Source: Eledone cirrhosa (Eukaryota). Taken from it: 64,000 nt of DNA. Under the pieces are notes generated by a model. The model was not told the origin of the DNA. It ran no database searches and saw nothing but the letters and a program-made list of their open reading frames with translations. The stretch spans positions 43,338,001 through 43,402,000 of the forward strand of contig OZ024747.1 of NCBI GenBank assembly GCA_964016885.1, in the 5' to 3' direction. Shown here piece after piece: positions 30,601 to 46,780 of this stretch (position 1 is its first letter; each line of letters starts with the position of its first letter). A program made the position numbers and the translations under genes.

Positions 30601-33600
30601 CTTTTTTGTTAGTAACTATCCTACTCATAGAATCCAGCTACCGTATTACATCTTATTTGTTAGTAACTATCTTACTCACAGAATCCAGCTGCTGTATTAC
30701 ATCTTATTTGTTAGTAACTATCTTACTCAGAGAATCCAACTGCTGTATTACATCTTATTTGTTAGTAACTATCTTACTCACAGAATCCTGCTGCTGTATT
30801 ACATCTTATTTGTTAGTTACTATCTTACACCAGAATCCAGCTGCTGTATTACATCTTATTTGTTAGTAACTATCTTACTCATAGAATCCAGCAGCTGTAT
30901 TAAATCTTATTTGTTAGTAACTATCTTACTCACAGAATCCAACTGCTGTATTACATCTTTTTTTTAGTAACTATCCTACTCATAGAATCCAGCTACTGTA
31001 TTACATCTTATTTGTTAGTAAATATCTTACTCACAGAATCCAGCTGCTGTATTACATCTTATTTGTTAGTAACTATCTTACACATAGAATCCAGCTGCTG
31101 TATTACATCTTATTTGTTAGTAACTATCTTACTCACAGAATCCAGCTGCTGTATTACATCTTATTTGTTAGTAACTATCTTACTCACAGAATCCAGCTGC
31201 TGTATTACATCTTATTTGTTAGTAACTATCTTACTCACAGAATCCAGCTGCTGTACTACATCTTATCTGTTAGTAACTATCTTACTCACAGAATCCAGCT
31301 GCTGTAATACATCTTATTTGTTAGTAACTATCTTACTCACAGAATCCAGCTCTCTGTATTACATCTTATTTGTTAGTAACTATCTTACTCATAGAATCCA
31401 GCTGCTGTATTACATCTTATTTGTTAGTAACTATCTTACTCACAGAATCCAGCTGCTGTATTACATCTTATTTGTTAGTAACTATCTTACTCACAGAATC
31501 CAGCTGCTGTATTACATCTTATTTGTTAGTAACTATCTTACTCACAGAATCCAGCTGCTGTATTACATCTTACTTGTTAGTAACTATCTTACTCATAGAA
31601 TCCAGCTGCTGTATTACATCTTATTTGTTTGTAACTATCTTCCTTATAGAATCCAGCTGCTGTATTACATCTTATTTGTTAGTAACTATCTTACTCACAG
31701 AATCCAGCTGCTGTATTACATCTTATTTGTTAGTAACTATCTTACTCATAGAATCCAGCTGCTGTATTCCATCTTTTTGTTAGTAACTATCTTACTTACA
31801 GAATCCAGCTGCTGTATTACATCTTTTTTGTTAGTAACTATCCTACTCATAGAATCCAGCTACTGTATTACATCTTATTTGTTAGTAACTATCTTACTCA
31901 TAGAATCCAGCTGCTGTATTACAACTTATTTGTTAGTAACTATCTTACACATCGAATCCAGCTGCTGTATTCCATCTTATTTGTTAGTAACTATCTTACA
32001 CATAGAATCCAGCTGCTGTATTACAACTTATTTGTTAGTAACTATCTTACACATAGAATCCAGCTGCTGTATTACATCTTATTTGTTAGTAACTATATTA
32101 CACATAGAATCCAGCTGCTGTATTACAACTTACTTGTTAGTAACTATCTTACTCATAGAATCCAGCTGCTGTATTACATCTTATTTGTTAGTAACTATCT
32201 TACTCACAGAATCCAGCTGCTGTATTACATCTTATTTGTTAGTAACTATCTTACATCAGAATCCAGCTGCTGTATTACATCTTATTTGTTAGTAACTATC
32301 TTACACATAGAATCCAGCTGCTGTATTAAATCTTATTTGTTAGTAACTATCTTACTCGCAGTATCCAACTGCTGTATTACATCTTTTTTGTTAGTAACTA
32401 TCCTACTCATAGAATCCAGCTACCGTATTACATCTTATTTGTTAGTAACTATCTTACTCACAGAATCCAGCTGCTGTATTACATCTTATTTGTTAGTAAC
32501 TATCTTACTCACAGAATCCAACTGCTGTATTACATCTTATTTGTTAGTAACTATCTTACTCACAGAATCCTGCTGCTGTATTACATCTTATTTGTTAGTT
32601 ACTATCTTACACCAGAATCCAGCTGCTGTATTACATCTTATTTGTTAGTAACTATCTTACTCATAGAATCCAGCTGCTGTATTACAACTTATTTGTTAGT
32701 AACTATCTTACTCACAGAATCCAACTGCTCTATTACATCTTTTTTTTAGTAACTATCCTACTCATAGAATCCAGCTACTGTATTACATCTTATTTGTTAG
32801 TAAATATCTTACTCACAGAATCCAGCTGCTGTATTACATCTTATTTGTTAGTAACTATCTTACACATAGAATCCAGCTGCTGTATTACATCTTATTTGTT
32901 AGTAACTATCTTACTCACAGAATCCAGCTGCTGTATTACATCTTATTTGTTAGTAACTATCTTACTCACAGAATCCAGCTGCTGTATTACATCTTATTTG
33001 TTAGTAACTATCTTACTCACAGAATCCAGCTGCTGTACTACATCTTATCTGTTAGTAACTATCTTACTCACAGAATCCAGCTGCTGTAATACATCTTATT
33101 TGTTAGTAACTATCTTACTCACAGAATCCAGCTCTCTGTATTACATCTTATTTGTTAGTAACTATCTTACTCATAGAATCCAGCTGCTGTATTACATCTT
33201 ATTTGTTAGTAACTATCTTACTCACAGAATCCAGCTGCTGTATTACATCTTATTTGTTAGTAACTATCTTACTCACAGAATCCAGCTGCTGTATTACATC
33301 TTATTTGTTAGTAACTATCTTACTCACAGAATCCAGCTGCTGTATTACATCTTACTTGTTAGTAACTATCTTACTCATAGAATCCAGCTGCTGTATTACA
33401 TCTTATTTGTTTGTAACTATCTTCCTTATAGAATCCAGCTGCTGTATTACATCTTATTTGTTAGTAACTATCTTACTCACAGAATCCAGCTGCTGTATTA
33501 CATCTTATTTGTTAGTAACTATCTTACTCATAGAATCCAGCTGCTGTATTCCATCTTTTTGTTAGTAACTATCTTACTTACAGAATCCAGCTGCTGTATT

Positions 33601-35050
33601 ACATCTTTTTTGTTAGTAACTATCCTACTCATAGAATCCAGCTACTGTATTACATCTTATTTGTTAGTAACTATCTTACTCATAGAATCCAGCTGCTGTA
33701 TTACAACTTATTTGTTAGTAACTATCTTACACATCGAATCCAGCTGCTGTATTCCATCTTATTTGTTAGTAACTATCTTACACATAGAATCCAGCTGCTG
33801 TATTACAACTTATTTGTTAGTAACTATCTTACACATAGAATCCAGCTGCTGTATTACATCTTATTTGTTAGTAACTATATTACACATAGAATCCAGCTGC
33901 TGTATTACAACTTACTTGTTAGTAACTATCTTACACATAGAATCCAGCTGCTGTATTACAACTTACTTGTTAGTAACTATCTTACTCATAGAATCCAGCT
34001 GCTGTATTACATCTTATTTGTTAGTAACTATCTTACTCACAGAATCCAGCTGCTGTATTACATCTTATTTGTTAGTAACTATCTTACATCAGAATCCAGC
34101 TGCTGTATTACATCTTATTTGTTAGTAACTATCTTACACATAGAATCCAGCTGCTGTATTAAATCTTATTTGTTAGTAACTATCTTACTCGCAGTATCCA
34201 ACTGCTGTATTACATCTTTTTTGTTAGTAACTATCCTACTCATAGAATCCAGCTACCGTATTACATCTTATTTGTTAGTAACAATCTTACTCACAGAATC
34301 CAGCTGCTGTATTACATCTTATTTGTTAGTAACTATCTTACTCACAGAATCCAACTGCTGTATTACATCTTATTTGTTAGTAACTATCTTACTCACAGAA
34401 TCCTGCTGCTGTATTACATCTTATTTGTTAGTTACTATCTTACACCAGAATCCAGCTGCTGTATTACATCTTATTTGTTAGTAACTATCTTACTCATAGA
34501 ATCCAGCTGCTGTATTAAATCTTATTTGTTAGTAACTATCTTACTCACAGAATCCAACTGCTGTATTACATCTTTTTTTTAGTAACTATCCTACTCATAG
34601 AATCCAGCTACTGTATTACATCTTATTTGTTAGTAAATATCTTACTCACAGAATCCAGCTGCTGTATTACATCTTATTTGTTAGTAACTATCTTACACAT
34701 AGAATCCAGCTGCTGTATTACATCTTATTTGTTAGTAACTATCTTACTCACAGAATCCAGCTGCTGTATTACATCTTATTTGTTAGTAACTATCTTACTC
34801 ACAGAATCCAGCTGCTGTATTACATCTTATTTGTTAGTAACTATCTTACTCACAGAATCCAGCTGCTGTACTACATCTTATCTGTTAGTAACTATCTTAC
34901 TCACAGAATCCAGCTGCTGTAATACATCTTATTTGTTAGTAACTATCTTACTCACAGAATCCAGCTCTCTGTATTACATCTTATTTGTTAGTAACTATCT
35001 TACTCATAGAATCCAGCTGCTGTATTACATCTTATTTGTTAGTAACTATC
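24650..35050. repeat. Tandem duplication of a 5193-bp (102-monomer) block, built from 1782, 1833 and 1578-bp sub-blocks
   Basis: ORF-track pairs 25311/30504, 25819/31012, 27093/32286, 27601/32794 and 28926/34119 all differ by 5193. The marker TACTGAA is at 24771 and 29964. Confidence 0.92.
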
Positions 35051-37849
35051 TTACTCACAGAATCCAGCTGCTGTATTACATCTTATTTGTTAGTAACTAT
35101 CTTACTCACAGAATCCAGCTGCTGTATTACATCTTATTTGTTAGTAACTATCTTACTCACAGAATCCAGCTGCTGTATTACATCTTACTTGTTAGTAACT
35201 ATCTTACTCATAGAATCCAGCTGCTGTATTACATCTTATTTGTTTGTAACTATCTTCCTCATAGAATCCAGCTGCTGTATTACATCTTATTTGTTAGTAA
35301 CTATCTTACTCACAGAATCCAGCTGCTGTATTACATCTTATTTGTTAGTAACTATCTTACTCATAGAATCCAGCTGCTGTATTCCATCTTTTTGTTAGTA
35401 ACTATCTTACTTACAGAATCCAGCTGCTGTATTACATCTTTTTTGTTAGTAACTATCCTACTCATAGAATCCAGCTACTGTATTACATCTTATTTGTTAG
35501 TAACTATCCTACTCATAGAATCCAGCTGCTGTATTACAACTTATTTGTTAGTAACTATCTTACACATCGAATCCAGCTGCTGTATTCCATCTTATTTGTT
35601 AGTAACTATCTTACACATAGAATCCAGCTGCTGTATTACAACTTATTTGTTAGTAACTATCTTACACATAGAATCCAGCTGCTGTATTACATCTTATTTG
35701 TTAGTAACTATATTACACATAGAATCCAGCTGCTGTATTACAACTTACTTGTTAGTAACTATCTTACACATAGAATCCAGCTGCTGTATTACAACTTATT
35801 TGTTAGTAACTATCTTTCTCACAGAATCCAGCTGCTGTATTACATCTTATTTGTTAGTAACTATCTTACTCACAGAATCCAGCTGCTGTATTACATCTTA
35901 TTTGTTAGTAACTATCTTACTCACAGAATCCAGCTGCTGTACTACATCTTATTTGTTAGTAACTATCTTACTTATAGAATCCAGCTGCTGTATTACATCT
36001 TTTTTGTTAGTAACTATCCTACTCATAGAATCCAGCTACTGTATTACATCTTATTTGTTAGTAACTATCTTACTCATAGAATCCAGCTGCTGTATTACAA
36101 CTTATTTGTTAGTAACTATCTTACACATAGAATCCAGCTGCTGTATTACATCTTATTTGTTAGTAACTATTTTACACCAGAATCCAGCTGCTGTATTCCA
36201 TCTTATTTGTTAGTAACTATCTTACTCATAGAATCCAGCTGCTGTATTAAATCTTATTTGTTAGTAACTATCTTACTCACAGAATCCAACTGCTGTATTA
36301 CATCTTTTTTGTTAGTAACTATCCTACTCATAGAATCCAGCTACTGTATTACATCTTATTTGTTAGTAAATATCTTACTCACAGAATCCAGCTGCTGTAT
36401 TACATCTTATTTGTTAGTAACTATCTTATTCACAGAATCCAGCTGCTGTATTACATCTTATTTGTTAGTAACTATCTTACTCACAGAATCCAGCTCTCTG
36501 TATTACATCTTATTTGTTAGTAACTATCTTACTCATAGAATCCAGCTGCTGTATTACATCTTATTTGTTAGTAACTATCTTACTCACAGAATCCAGCTGC
36601 GGTATTACATCTTATTTGTTAGTAACTATCTTACTCACAGAATCCAGCTGCTGTATTACATCTTATTTGTTAGTAACTATCTTACTCATAGAATGCAGCT
36701 GCTGTATTACATCTTATTTGTTAGTAACTATCTTACTCACAGAATCCAGCTGCTGTATTACATCTTATTTGTTAGTAACTATCTTACTCATAGAATCCAG
36801 CTGCTCTATTACATCTTATTTGTTAGTAACTATCTTACACCAGAATCCAGCTACTGTATTACATCTTATTTGTTAGTAACTATCTTACTCACAGAATCCA
36901 GCTGTTGTATTACAAGTTATTTGTTAGTAAATATCTTACTCATAGAATCCAGCTGCTGTATTACATCTTATTTGTTAGTAACTATCTTACTCATAGAATC
37001 CAGCTGCTGTATTACATCTTATTTGTTAGTAACTATCTTACTCACAGAATCCAGCTGCTGTATTACATCTTATTTGTTAGTAACTATCTTACTCATAGAA
37101 TCCAGCTGCTCTATTACATCTTATTTGTTAGTAACTATCTTACACATAGAATCCAGCTGCTGTATTACAACTTATTTGTTAGTAACTATCTTACACATAG
37201 AATCCAGCTGCTGTATTACATCTTCTTTGTTAGTAACTATCTTACACATAGAATCCAGCTGCTGTATTACAACTTACTTGTTAGTAACTATCTCACACAT
37301 AGAATCCAGCTGCTGTATTACAACTTATTTGTTAGTAACTATCTCACTCATAGAATCCAGCTGCTGTATTACATCTTATTTGTTAGTAACTATCTTACTC
37401 ACAGAATCCAGCTGCTGTATTACATCTTATTTGTTAGTAACTATCTTACATCAGAATCCAGCTGCTGTATTACATCTTATTTGTTAGTAACTATCTTACA
37501 CATAGAATCCAGCTGCTGTATTACAACTTATTTGTTAGTAACTATCTTACACATAGAATCCAGATGCTGTATTACATCTTATTTGTTAGTAACTATCTTA
37601 CTCACAGAATCCAGCTGTTGTATTACAAGTTATTTGTTAGTAAATATCTTACTCATAGAATCCAGCTGCTGTATTACATCTTATTTGTTAGTAACTATCT
37701 TACTCATAGAATCCAGCTGCTGTATTACATCTTATTTGTTAGTAACTATCTTACTCACAGAATCCAGCTGCTGTATTACATCTTATTTGATAGTAACTAT
37801 CTTACTCATAGAATCCAGCTGCTGTATTACATCTTATTTGTTAGTAACT

Positions 37850-40800
37850 ATCTTACTCACAGAATCCAGCTACTGTATTACATCTTATTTGTTAGTAACT
37901 ATCTTACTCACAGAATCCAGCTGCTGTATTACATCTTATTTGTTAGTAACTATCTTATTCATAGAATCCAGCTGCTGTATTACATCTTATTTGTTAGTAA
38001 CTATCTTACTCACAGAATCCAGCTGCTGTATTACATCTTATTTGATAGTAACTGTCTTACTCATAGAATCCAGCTACTGTATTACATCTTATTTGTTAGT
38101 AACTATCTTACTCACAGAATCCAGCTGCTGTATTACATCTTATTTGTTAGTAACTATCTTACTCACAGAATCCAGCTGCTGTATTACATCTTATTTGTTA
38201 GTAACTATCTTACTCACAGAATCCAGCTGCTGTATTACATCTTACTTGTTAGTAACTATCTTACTCATAGAATCCAGCTGCTGTATTACATCTTATTTGT
38301 TAGTAACTATCTTACTTATAGAATCCAGCTGCTGTATTACATCTTATTTGTTAGTAACTATCTTACTCACAGAATCCAGCTGCTGTATTACATCTTATTT
38401 GTTAGTAACTATCTTACTCATAGAATCCAGCTGCTGTATTACATCTTTTTGTTAGTAACTATCTTACTTACAGAATCCAGCTGCTGTATTACATCTTATT
38501 TGTTAGTAACTATCTTACTTATAGAATCCAGCTGCTGTATTACATCTTTTTTGTTAGTAACTATCCTACTCATAGAATCCAGCTACTGTATTACATCTTA
38601 TTTGTTAGTAACTATCTTACTCATAGAATCCAGCTGCTGTATTACAACTTATTTATTAGTAACTATCTTACACATAGAATCCAGCTGCTGTATTACATCT
38701 TATTTGTTAGTAACTATCTTACACATAGAATCCAGCTGCTGTATTACAACTTATTTGTTAGTAACTATCTTACACATAGAATCCAGCTGCTGTATTACAT
38801 CTTATTTGTTAGTAACTATCTTACTCACAGAATCCAGCTGCTGTATTACATCTTATTTGTTAGTAACTATCTTACACATAGAATCCAGCTGCTGTATTAC
38901 AACTTATTTGTTAGTAACTATCTTACACATAGAATCCAGCTGCTGTATTACATCTTATTTGTTAGTAACTATCTTACACATAGAATCCAGTTGCTGTATT
39001 ACAACTTACTTGTTAGTAACTATCTTACTCATAGAATCCAGCTGCTGTATTACAACTTACTTGTTAGTAACTATCTTACACATAGAATCTAGTTGCTGTA
39101 TTACAACTTACTTGTTAGTAACTATCTTACACATAGAATCCAGCTGCTGTATTACATCTTATTTGTTAGTAACTATCTCACACATAGAATCCAGCTGCTG
39201 TATTACAACTTATTTGTTAGTAACTATCTCACTCATAGAATCCAGCTGCTGTATTACATCTTATTTGTTAGTAACTATCTTACTCACAGAATCCAGCTGC
39301 TGTATTACATCTTAATTGTTAGTAACTATCTTACATCAGAATCCAGCTGCTGTATTACATCTTATTTGTTAGTAACTATCTTACTTATAGAATCCAGCTG
39401 CTGTATTACATCTTATTTGTTAATAACTATCTTACTCACAGAATCCAGCTGCTGTATTACATCTTTTTTGTTAGTAACTATCCTACTCATAGAATGCAGC
39501 TACTGTATTACATCTTATTTGTTAGTAACTATCTTACTCACAGAATCCAGCTGCTGTATTACATCTTATTTGTTAGTAAATATCTTACTCACAGAATCCA
39601 GCTGCTGTATTACATCTTATTTGTTAGTAACTATCTTACTCACAGAATCCAGCTGCTGTATTACATCTTATTTGTTAGTAACTATCTTACTCATAGAATC
39701 CAGCTGCTCTATTACATCTTATTTGTTAGTAACTATCTTACACCAGAATCCAGCTACTGTATTACATCTTATTTGTTAGTAACTATCTTACTCACAGAAT
39801 CCAGCTGTTGTATTACAAGTTATTTGTTAGTAAATATCTTACTCATAGAATCCAGCTGCTGTATTACATCTTATTTGTTAGTAACTATCATACTCATAGA
39901 ATCCAGCTGCTGTATTACATCTTATTTGTTAGTAACTATCTTACTCACAGAATCCAGCTGCTGTATTACATCTTATTTGTTAGTAACTATCTTACTCATA
40001 GAAACCAGCTGCTCTATTACATCTTATTTGTTAGTAACTATCTTACACCAGAATCCAGCTGCTGTATTACATCTTATTTGTTAGTAACTATCTTACTCAC
40101 AGAATCCAGCTGTTGTATTACAAGTTATTTGTTAGTAAATATCTTACTCATAGAATCCAGCTGCTGTATTACATCTTATTTGTTAGTAACTATCTTACTC
40201 ATAGAATCCAGCTGCTGTATTACATCTTATTTGTTAGTAACTATCTTACTCACAGAATCCAGCTGCTGTATTACATCTTATTTGATAGTAACTATCTTAC
40301 TCATAGAATCCAGCTGCTGTATTACATCTTATTTGTTAGTAACTATCTTACTCACAGAATCCAGCTGCTGTATTACATCTTATTTGATAGTAACTATCTT
40401 ACTCACAGAATCCAGCTGCTGTATTACATCTTTTTTGTTAGTAACTATCCTACTCATAGAATCCAGCTACTGTATTACATCTTATTTGTTAGTAACTATC
40501 TTACTCACAGAATCCAGCTGCTGTATTACATCTTATTTGTTAGTAACTATCTTATTCATAGAATCCAGCTGCTGTATTACATCTTATTTGTTAGTAACTA
40601 TCTTACTCACAGAATCCAGCTGCTGTATTACATCTTATTTGATAGTAACTGTCTTACTCATAGAATCCAGCTACTGTATTACATCTTATTTGTTAGTAAC
40701 TATCTTACTCACAGAATCCAGCTGCTGTATTACATCTTATTTGTTAGTAACTATCTTACTCACAGAATCCAGCTGCTGTATTACATCTTATTTGTTAGTA

Positions 40801-42000
40801 ACTATCTTACTCACAGAATCCAGCTGCTGTATTACATCTTACTTGTTAGTAACTATCTTACTCATAGAATCCAGCTGCTGTATTACATCTTATTTGTTAG
40901 TAACTATCTTACTTATAGAATCCAGCTGCTGTATTACATCTTATTTGTTAGTAACTATCTTACTCACAGAATCCAGCTGCTGTATTACATCTTATTTGTT
41001 AGTAACTATCTTACTCATAGAATCCAGCTGCTGTATTACATCTTTTTGTTAGTAACTATCTTACTTACAGAATCCAGCTGCTGTATTACATCTTATTTGT
41101 TAGTAACTATCTTACTTATAGAATCCAGCTGCTGTATTACATCTTTTTTGTTAGTAAATATCCTACTCATAGAATACAGCTACTGTATTACATCTTATTT
41201 GTTAGTAACTATCTTACTCATAGAATCCAGCTGCTGTATTACAACTTATTTATTAGTAACTATCTTACACATAGAATCCAGCTGCTGTATTACATCTTAT
41301 TTGTTAGTAACTATCTTACACATAGAATCCAGCTGCTGTATTACAACTTATTTGTTAGTAACTATCTTACACATAGAATCCAGCTGCTGTATTACATCTT
41401 ATTTGTTAGTAACTATCTTACTCACAGAATCCAGCTGCTGTATTACATCTTATTTGTTAGTAACTATCTTACACATAGAATCCAGCTGCTGTATTACAAC
41501 TTATTTTTTAGTAACTATCTTACACATAGAATCCAGCTGCTGTATTACATCTTATTTGTTAGTAACTATCTTACACATAGAATCCAGTTGCTGTATTACA
41601 ACTTACTTGTTAGTAACTATCTTACTCATAGAATCCAGCTGCTGTATTACAACTTACTTGTTAGTAACTATCTTACACATAGAATCCAGTTGCTGTATTA
41701 CAACTTACTTGTTAGTAACTATCTTACACATAGAATCCAGCTGCTGTATTACATCTTATTTGTTAGTAACTATCTCACACATAGAATCCAGCTGCTGTAT
41801 TACAACTTATTTGTTAGTAACTATCTCACTCATAGAATCCAGCTGCTGTATTACATCTTATTTGTTAGTAACTATCTTACTCACAGAATCCAGCTGCTGT
41901 ATTACATCTTAATTGTTAGTAACTATCTTACATCAGAATCCAGCTGCTGTATTACATCTTATTTGTTAGTAACTATCTTACTTATAGAATCCAGCTGCTG
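37850..42000. repeat. Higher-order duplication in satellite 1, offset 2597 bp (51 monomers); boundaries approximate
   Basis: ORF ends at 38455/41052 and 39315/41912. The variants AACTGTCTT and ATTTATTAG are shared between the copies. Confidence 0.8.
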
Positions 42001-43249
42001 TATTACATCTTATTTGTTAGTAACTATCTTACTCACAGAATCCAGCTGCTGTATTACATCTTATTTGTTAGTAAATATCTTACTCACAGAATCCAGCTGC
42101 TGTATTACATCTTATTTGTTAGTAACTATCTTACTCACAGAATCCAGCTGCTGTATTACATCTTATTTGTTAGTAACTATCTTACTCACAGAATCCAGCT
42201 GCTGTATTACATCTTACTTGTTAGTAACTATCTTACTCATAGAATCCAGCTGCTGTATTACATCTTATTTGTTAGTAACTATCTTACTTATAGAATCCAG
42301 CTGCTGTATTACATCTTATTTGTTAGTAACTATCTTACTCACAGAATCCAGCTGCTCTATTACATCTTATTTGTTAGTAACTCTCTTACTCATAGAATCC
42401 AGCTGCTGTATTACATCTTTTTGTTAGTAACTATCTTACTTACAGAATACAGCTGCTGTATTACATCTTATTTGTTAGTAACTATCTTACTTATAGAATC
42501 CAGCTGCTGTATTACATCTTTTTTGTTAGTAACTATCCTACTCATAGAATCCAGCTACTGTATTACATCTTATTTGTTAGTAACTATCTTACACATAGAA
42601 TCCAGCTGCTGTATTACAACTTATTTGTTAGTAACTATCTTACACATAGAATCCAGCTGCTGTATTACATCTTCTTTGTTAGTAACTATCTTACACATAG
42701 AATCCAGCTGCTGTATTACAACTTACTTGTTAGTAACTATCTCACACATAGAATCCAGCTGCTGTATTACAACTTATTTGTTAGTAACTATCTCACTCAT
42801 AGAATCCAGCTGCTGTATTACATCTTATTTGTTAGTAACTATCTTACTCACAGAATCCAGCTGCTGTATTACATCTTATTTGTTAGTAACTATCTTACAT
42901 CAGAATCCAGCTGCTGTATTACATCTTATTTGTTAGTAACTATCTTACACATAGAATCCAGCTGCTGTATTAAATCTTATTTGTTAGTAACTATCTTACT
43001 CACAGTATCCAACTGCTGTATTACATCTTTTTTGTTAGTAACTATCCTACTCATAGAATCCAGCTACTGTATTACATCTTATTTGTTAGTAACTATCTTA
43101 CTCACAGAATCCAGCTGCTGTATTACATCTTATTTGTTAGTAACTATCTTACTCACAGAATCCAGCTGCTGTATTACATCTTATTTGTTAGTAACTATCT
43201 TACTCACAGAATCCAGCTGCTGTATTACATCTTATTTGTTAGTAACTAT

Positions 43250-46200
43250 CTTACTCACAGAATCCAGCTGCTGTACTACATCTTATTTGTTAGTAACTAT
43301 CTTACTCACAGAATCCAGCTGCTGTATTACATCTTATTTGTTAGTATCTATCTTACTCACAGAATCCAGCTCTCTGTATTACATCTTATTTGTTAGTAAC
43401 TATCTTACTCATAGAATCCAGCTGCTGTATTACATCTTATTTGTTAGTAACTATCTTACTCACAAAATCCAGCTGCTGTATTACATCTTATTTGATAGTA
43501 ACTATCTTACTCATAGAATCCAGCTGCTCTATTACATCTTATTTGTTAGTAACTATCTTACACCAGAATCCAGCTGCTGTATTACATCTTATTTGTTAGT
43601 AACTATCTTACTCATAGAATCCAGCTGCTGTATTAAATCTTATTTGTTAGTTACTATCTTACTCACAGAATCCAGCTGCTGTATTACATCTTATTTGTTA
43701 GTAACTATCTTACTCACAGAATCCAGCTACTGTATTACATCTTATTTGTTAGTAACTATCTTACACCAGAATCCAGCTGCTGTATTACATCTTTTTTGTT
43801 AGTAACTATCCTACTCATAGAATCCAGCTACTGTATTACATCTTATTTGTTAGTAACTATCTTACTCACAGAAACCAGCTGCTGTATTACATCTTATTTG
43901 TTAGTAACTATCTTACTCACAGAATCCAGCTGCTGTATTACATCTTATTTGTTAGTAACTATCTCACTCACAGAATCCAGCTGCTGTATTACATCTTATT
44001 TGTTAGTAACTATCTTACTTATAGAATCCAGCTGCTGTATTACATCTTATTTGTTAGTAACTATCTTACTCACAGAATCCAGCTGCTGTATTACATCTTA
44101 TTTGTTAGTAACTATCTTACATCAGAATCCAGCTGCTGTATTACATCTTATTTGTTAGTAACTATCTTACTCATAGAATCCAGCTGCTGTATTACATCTT
44201 ATTTGTTAGTAACTATCTTACTCACAGAATCCAGCTGCTGTATTACATCTTATTTGATAGTAACTATCTTACTCATAGAATCCAGCTACTGTATTACATT
44301 TTATTTGTTAGTAACTATCTTACTCACAGAATCCAGCTGCTGCATTACATCTTATTTGTTAGTAACTATCTTACTCATAGAATCCAGCTGCTGTATTACA
44401 TCTTATTTGTTAGTAACTATCTTACTTATAGAATCCAGCTGCTGTATTACATCTTATTTGTTAATAACTATCTTACTCACAGAATCCAGCTGCTGTATTA
44501 CATCTTATTTGTTAGTAACTATCCTACTCATAGAATCCAGCTACTGTATTACATCTTATTTGTTAGTAACTATCTTACTCACAGAATCCAGCTGCTGTAT
44601 TACATCTTATTTGTTAGTAACTATCTTACTCACAGAATCCAGCTGCTGTATTACATCTTATTTGTTAGTAACTATCTTACTTATAGAATCCAGCTGCTGT
44701 ATTACATCTTATTTGTTAGTAACTATCTTACTCACAGAATCCAGCTGCTGTATTACATCTTATTTGTTAGTAACTATCTTACTCATAGAATCCAACTGCT
44801 GTATTACATCTTATTTGTTAGTAACTATCTTACTCACAGAATCCAGCTGCTGTATTACATCTTATTTGTTAGTAACTATCTTACTCACAGAATCCAGCTG
44901 CTGTATTACATCTTATTTGTTAGTAACTATCTTACTTATAGAATCCAGCTGCTGTATTACATCTTATTTGTTAGTAACTATCTTACTTATAGAATCCAGC
45001 TGCTGTATTACATCTTATTTGTTAGTAACTCTCTTACTCACAGAATCCAGCTGCTGTATTACATCTTATTTGTTAGTAACCATCTTACTCACAGAATCCA
45101 GCTGCTGTATTACATCTTATTTGTTAGTAACTATCTTACACATAGAATCCAGCTGCTGTATTAAATCTTATTTGTTAGTAACTATCTTACTCACAGTATC
45201 CAACTGCTGTATTACATCTTTTTTGTTAGTAACTATCCTACTCATAGAATCCAGCTACTGTATTACATCTTATTTGTTAGTAACTATCTTACTCACAGAA
45301 TCCAGCTGCTGTATTACATCTTATTTGTTAGTAACTATCTTACTCACAGAATCCAGCTGCTGTACTACATCTTATTTGTTAGTAACTATCTTACTCACAG
45401 AATCCAGCTGCTGTATTACATCTTATTTGTTAGTATCTATCTTACTCACAGAATCCAGCTCTCTGTATTACATCTTATTTGTTAGTAACTATCTTACTCA
45501 TAGAATCCAGCTGCTGTATTACATCTTATTTGTTAGTAACTATCTTACTCACAAAATCCAGCTGCTGTATTACATCTTATTTGATAGTAACTATCTTACT
45601 CATAGAATCCAGCTGCTCTATTACATCTTATTTGTTAGTAACTATCTTACACCAGAATCCAGCTGCTGTATTACATCTTATTTGTTAGTAACTATCTTAC
45701 TCATAGAATCCAGCTGCTGTATTAAATCTTATTTGTTAGTTACTATCTTACTCACAGAATCCAGCTGCTGTATTACATCTTATTTGTTAGTAACTATCTT
45801 ACTCACAGAATCCAGCTACTGTATTACATCTTATTTGTTAGTAACTATCTTACACCAGAATCCAGCTGCTGTATTACATCTTTTTTGTTAGTAACTATCC
45901 TACTCATAGAATCCAGCTACTGTATTACATCTTATTTGTTAGTAACTATCTTACTCACAGAAACCAGCTGCTGTATTACATCTTATTTGTTAGTAACTAT
46001 CTTACTCACAGAATCCAGCTGCTGTATTACATCTTATTTGTTAGTAACTATCTCACTCACAGAATCCAGCTGCTGTATTACATCTTATTTGTTAGTAACT
46101 ATCTTACTTATAGAATCCAGCTGCTGTATTACATCTTATTTGTTATAACTATCTTACTCACAGAATCCAGCTGCTGTATTACATCTTATTTGTTAGTAAC

Positions 46201-46780
46201 TATCTTACATCAGAATCCAGCTGCTGTATTACATCTTATTTGTTAGTAACTATCTTACTCATAGAATCCAGCTGCTGTATTACATCTTATTTGTTAGTAA
46301 CTATCTTACTCACAGAATCCAGCTGCTGTATTACATCTTATTTGATAGTAACTATCTTACTCATAGAATCCAGCTACTGTATTACATTTTATTTGTTAGT
46401 AACTATCTTACTCACAGAATCCAGCTGCTGCATTACATCTTATTTGTTAGTAACTATCTTACTCATAGAATCCAGCTGCTGTATTACATCTTATTTGTTA
46501 GTAACTATCTTACTTATAGAATCCAGCTGCTGTATTACATCTTATTTGTTAATAACTATCTTACTCACAGAATCCAGCTGCTGTATTACATCTTATTTGT
46601 TAGTAACTATCCTACTCATAGAATCCAGCTACTGTATTACATCTTATTTGTTAGTAACTATCTTACTCACAGAATCCAGCTGCTGTATTACATCTTATTT
46701 GTTAGTAACTATCTTACTCACAGAATCCAGCTGCTGTATTACATCTTATTTGTTAGTAACTATCTTACTCATAGAATCCA
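43250..46780. repeat. Higher-order duplication in satellite 1, offset about 2089 bp (41 monomers); boundaries approximate
   Basis: ORF-track pairs 43390/45479, 43796/45885 and 44152/46240. Shared variants include GTATCTATC, CACAAAATCC and GAAACCAG. Confidence 0.85.
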
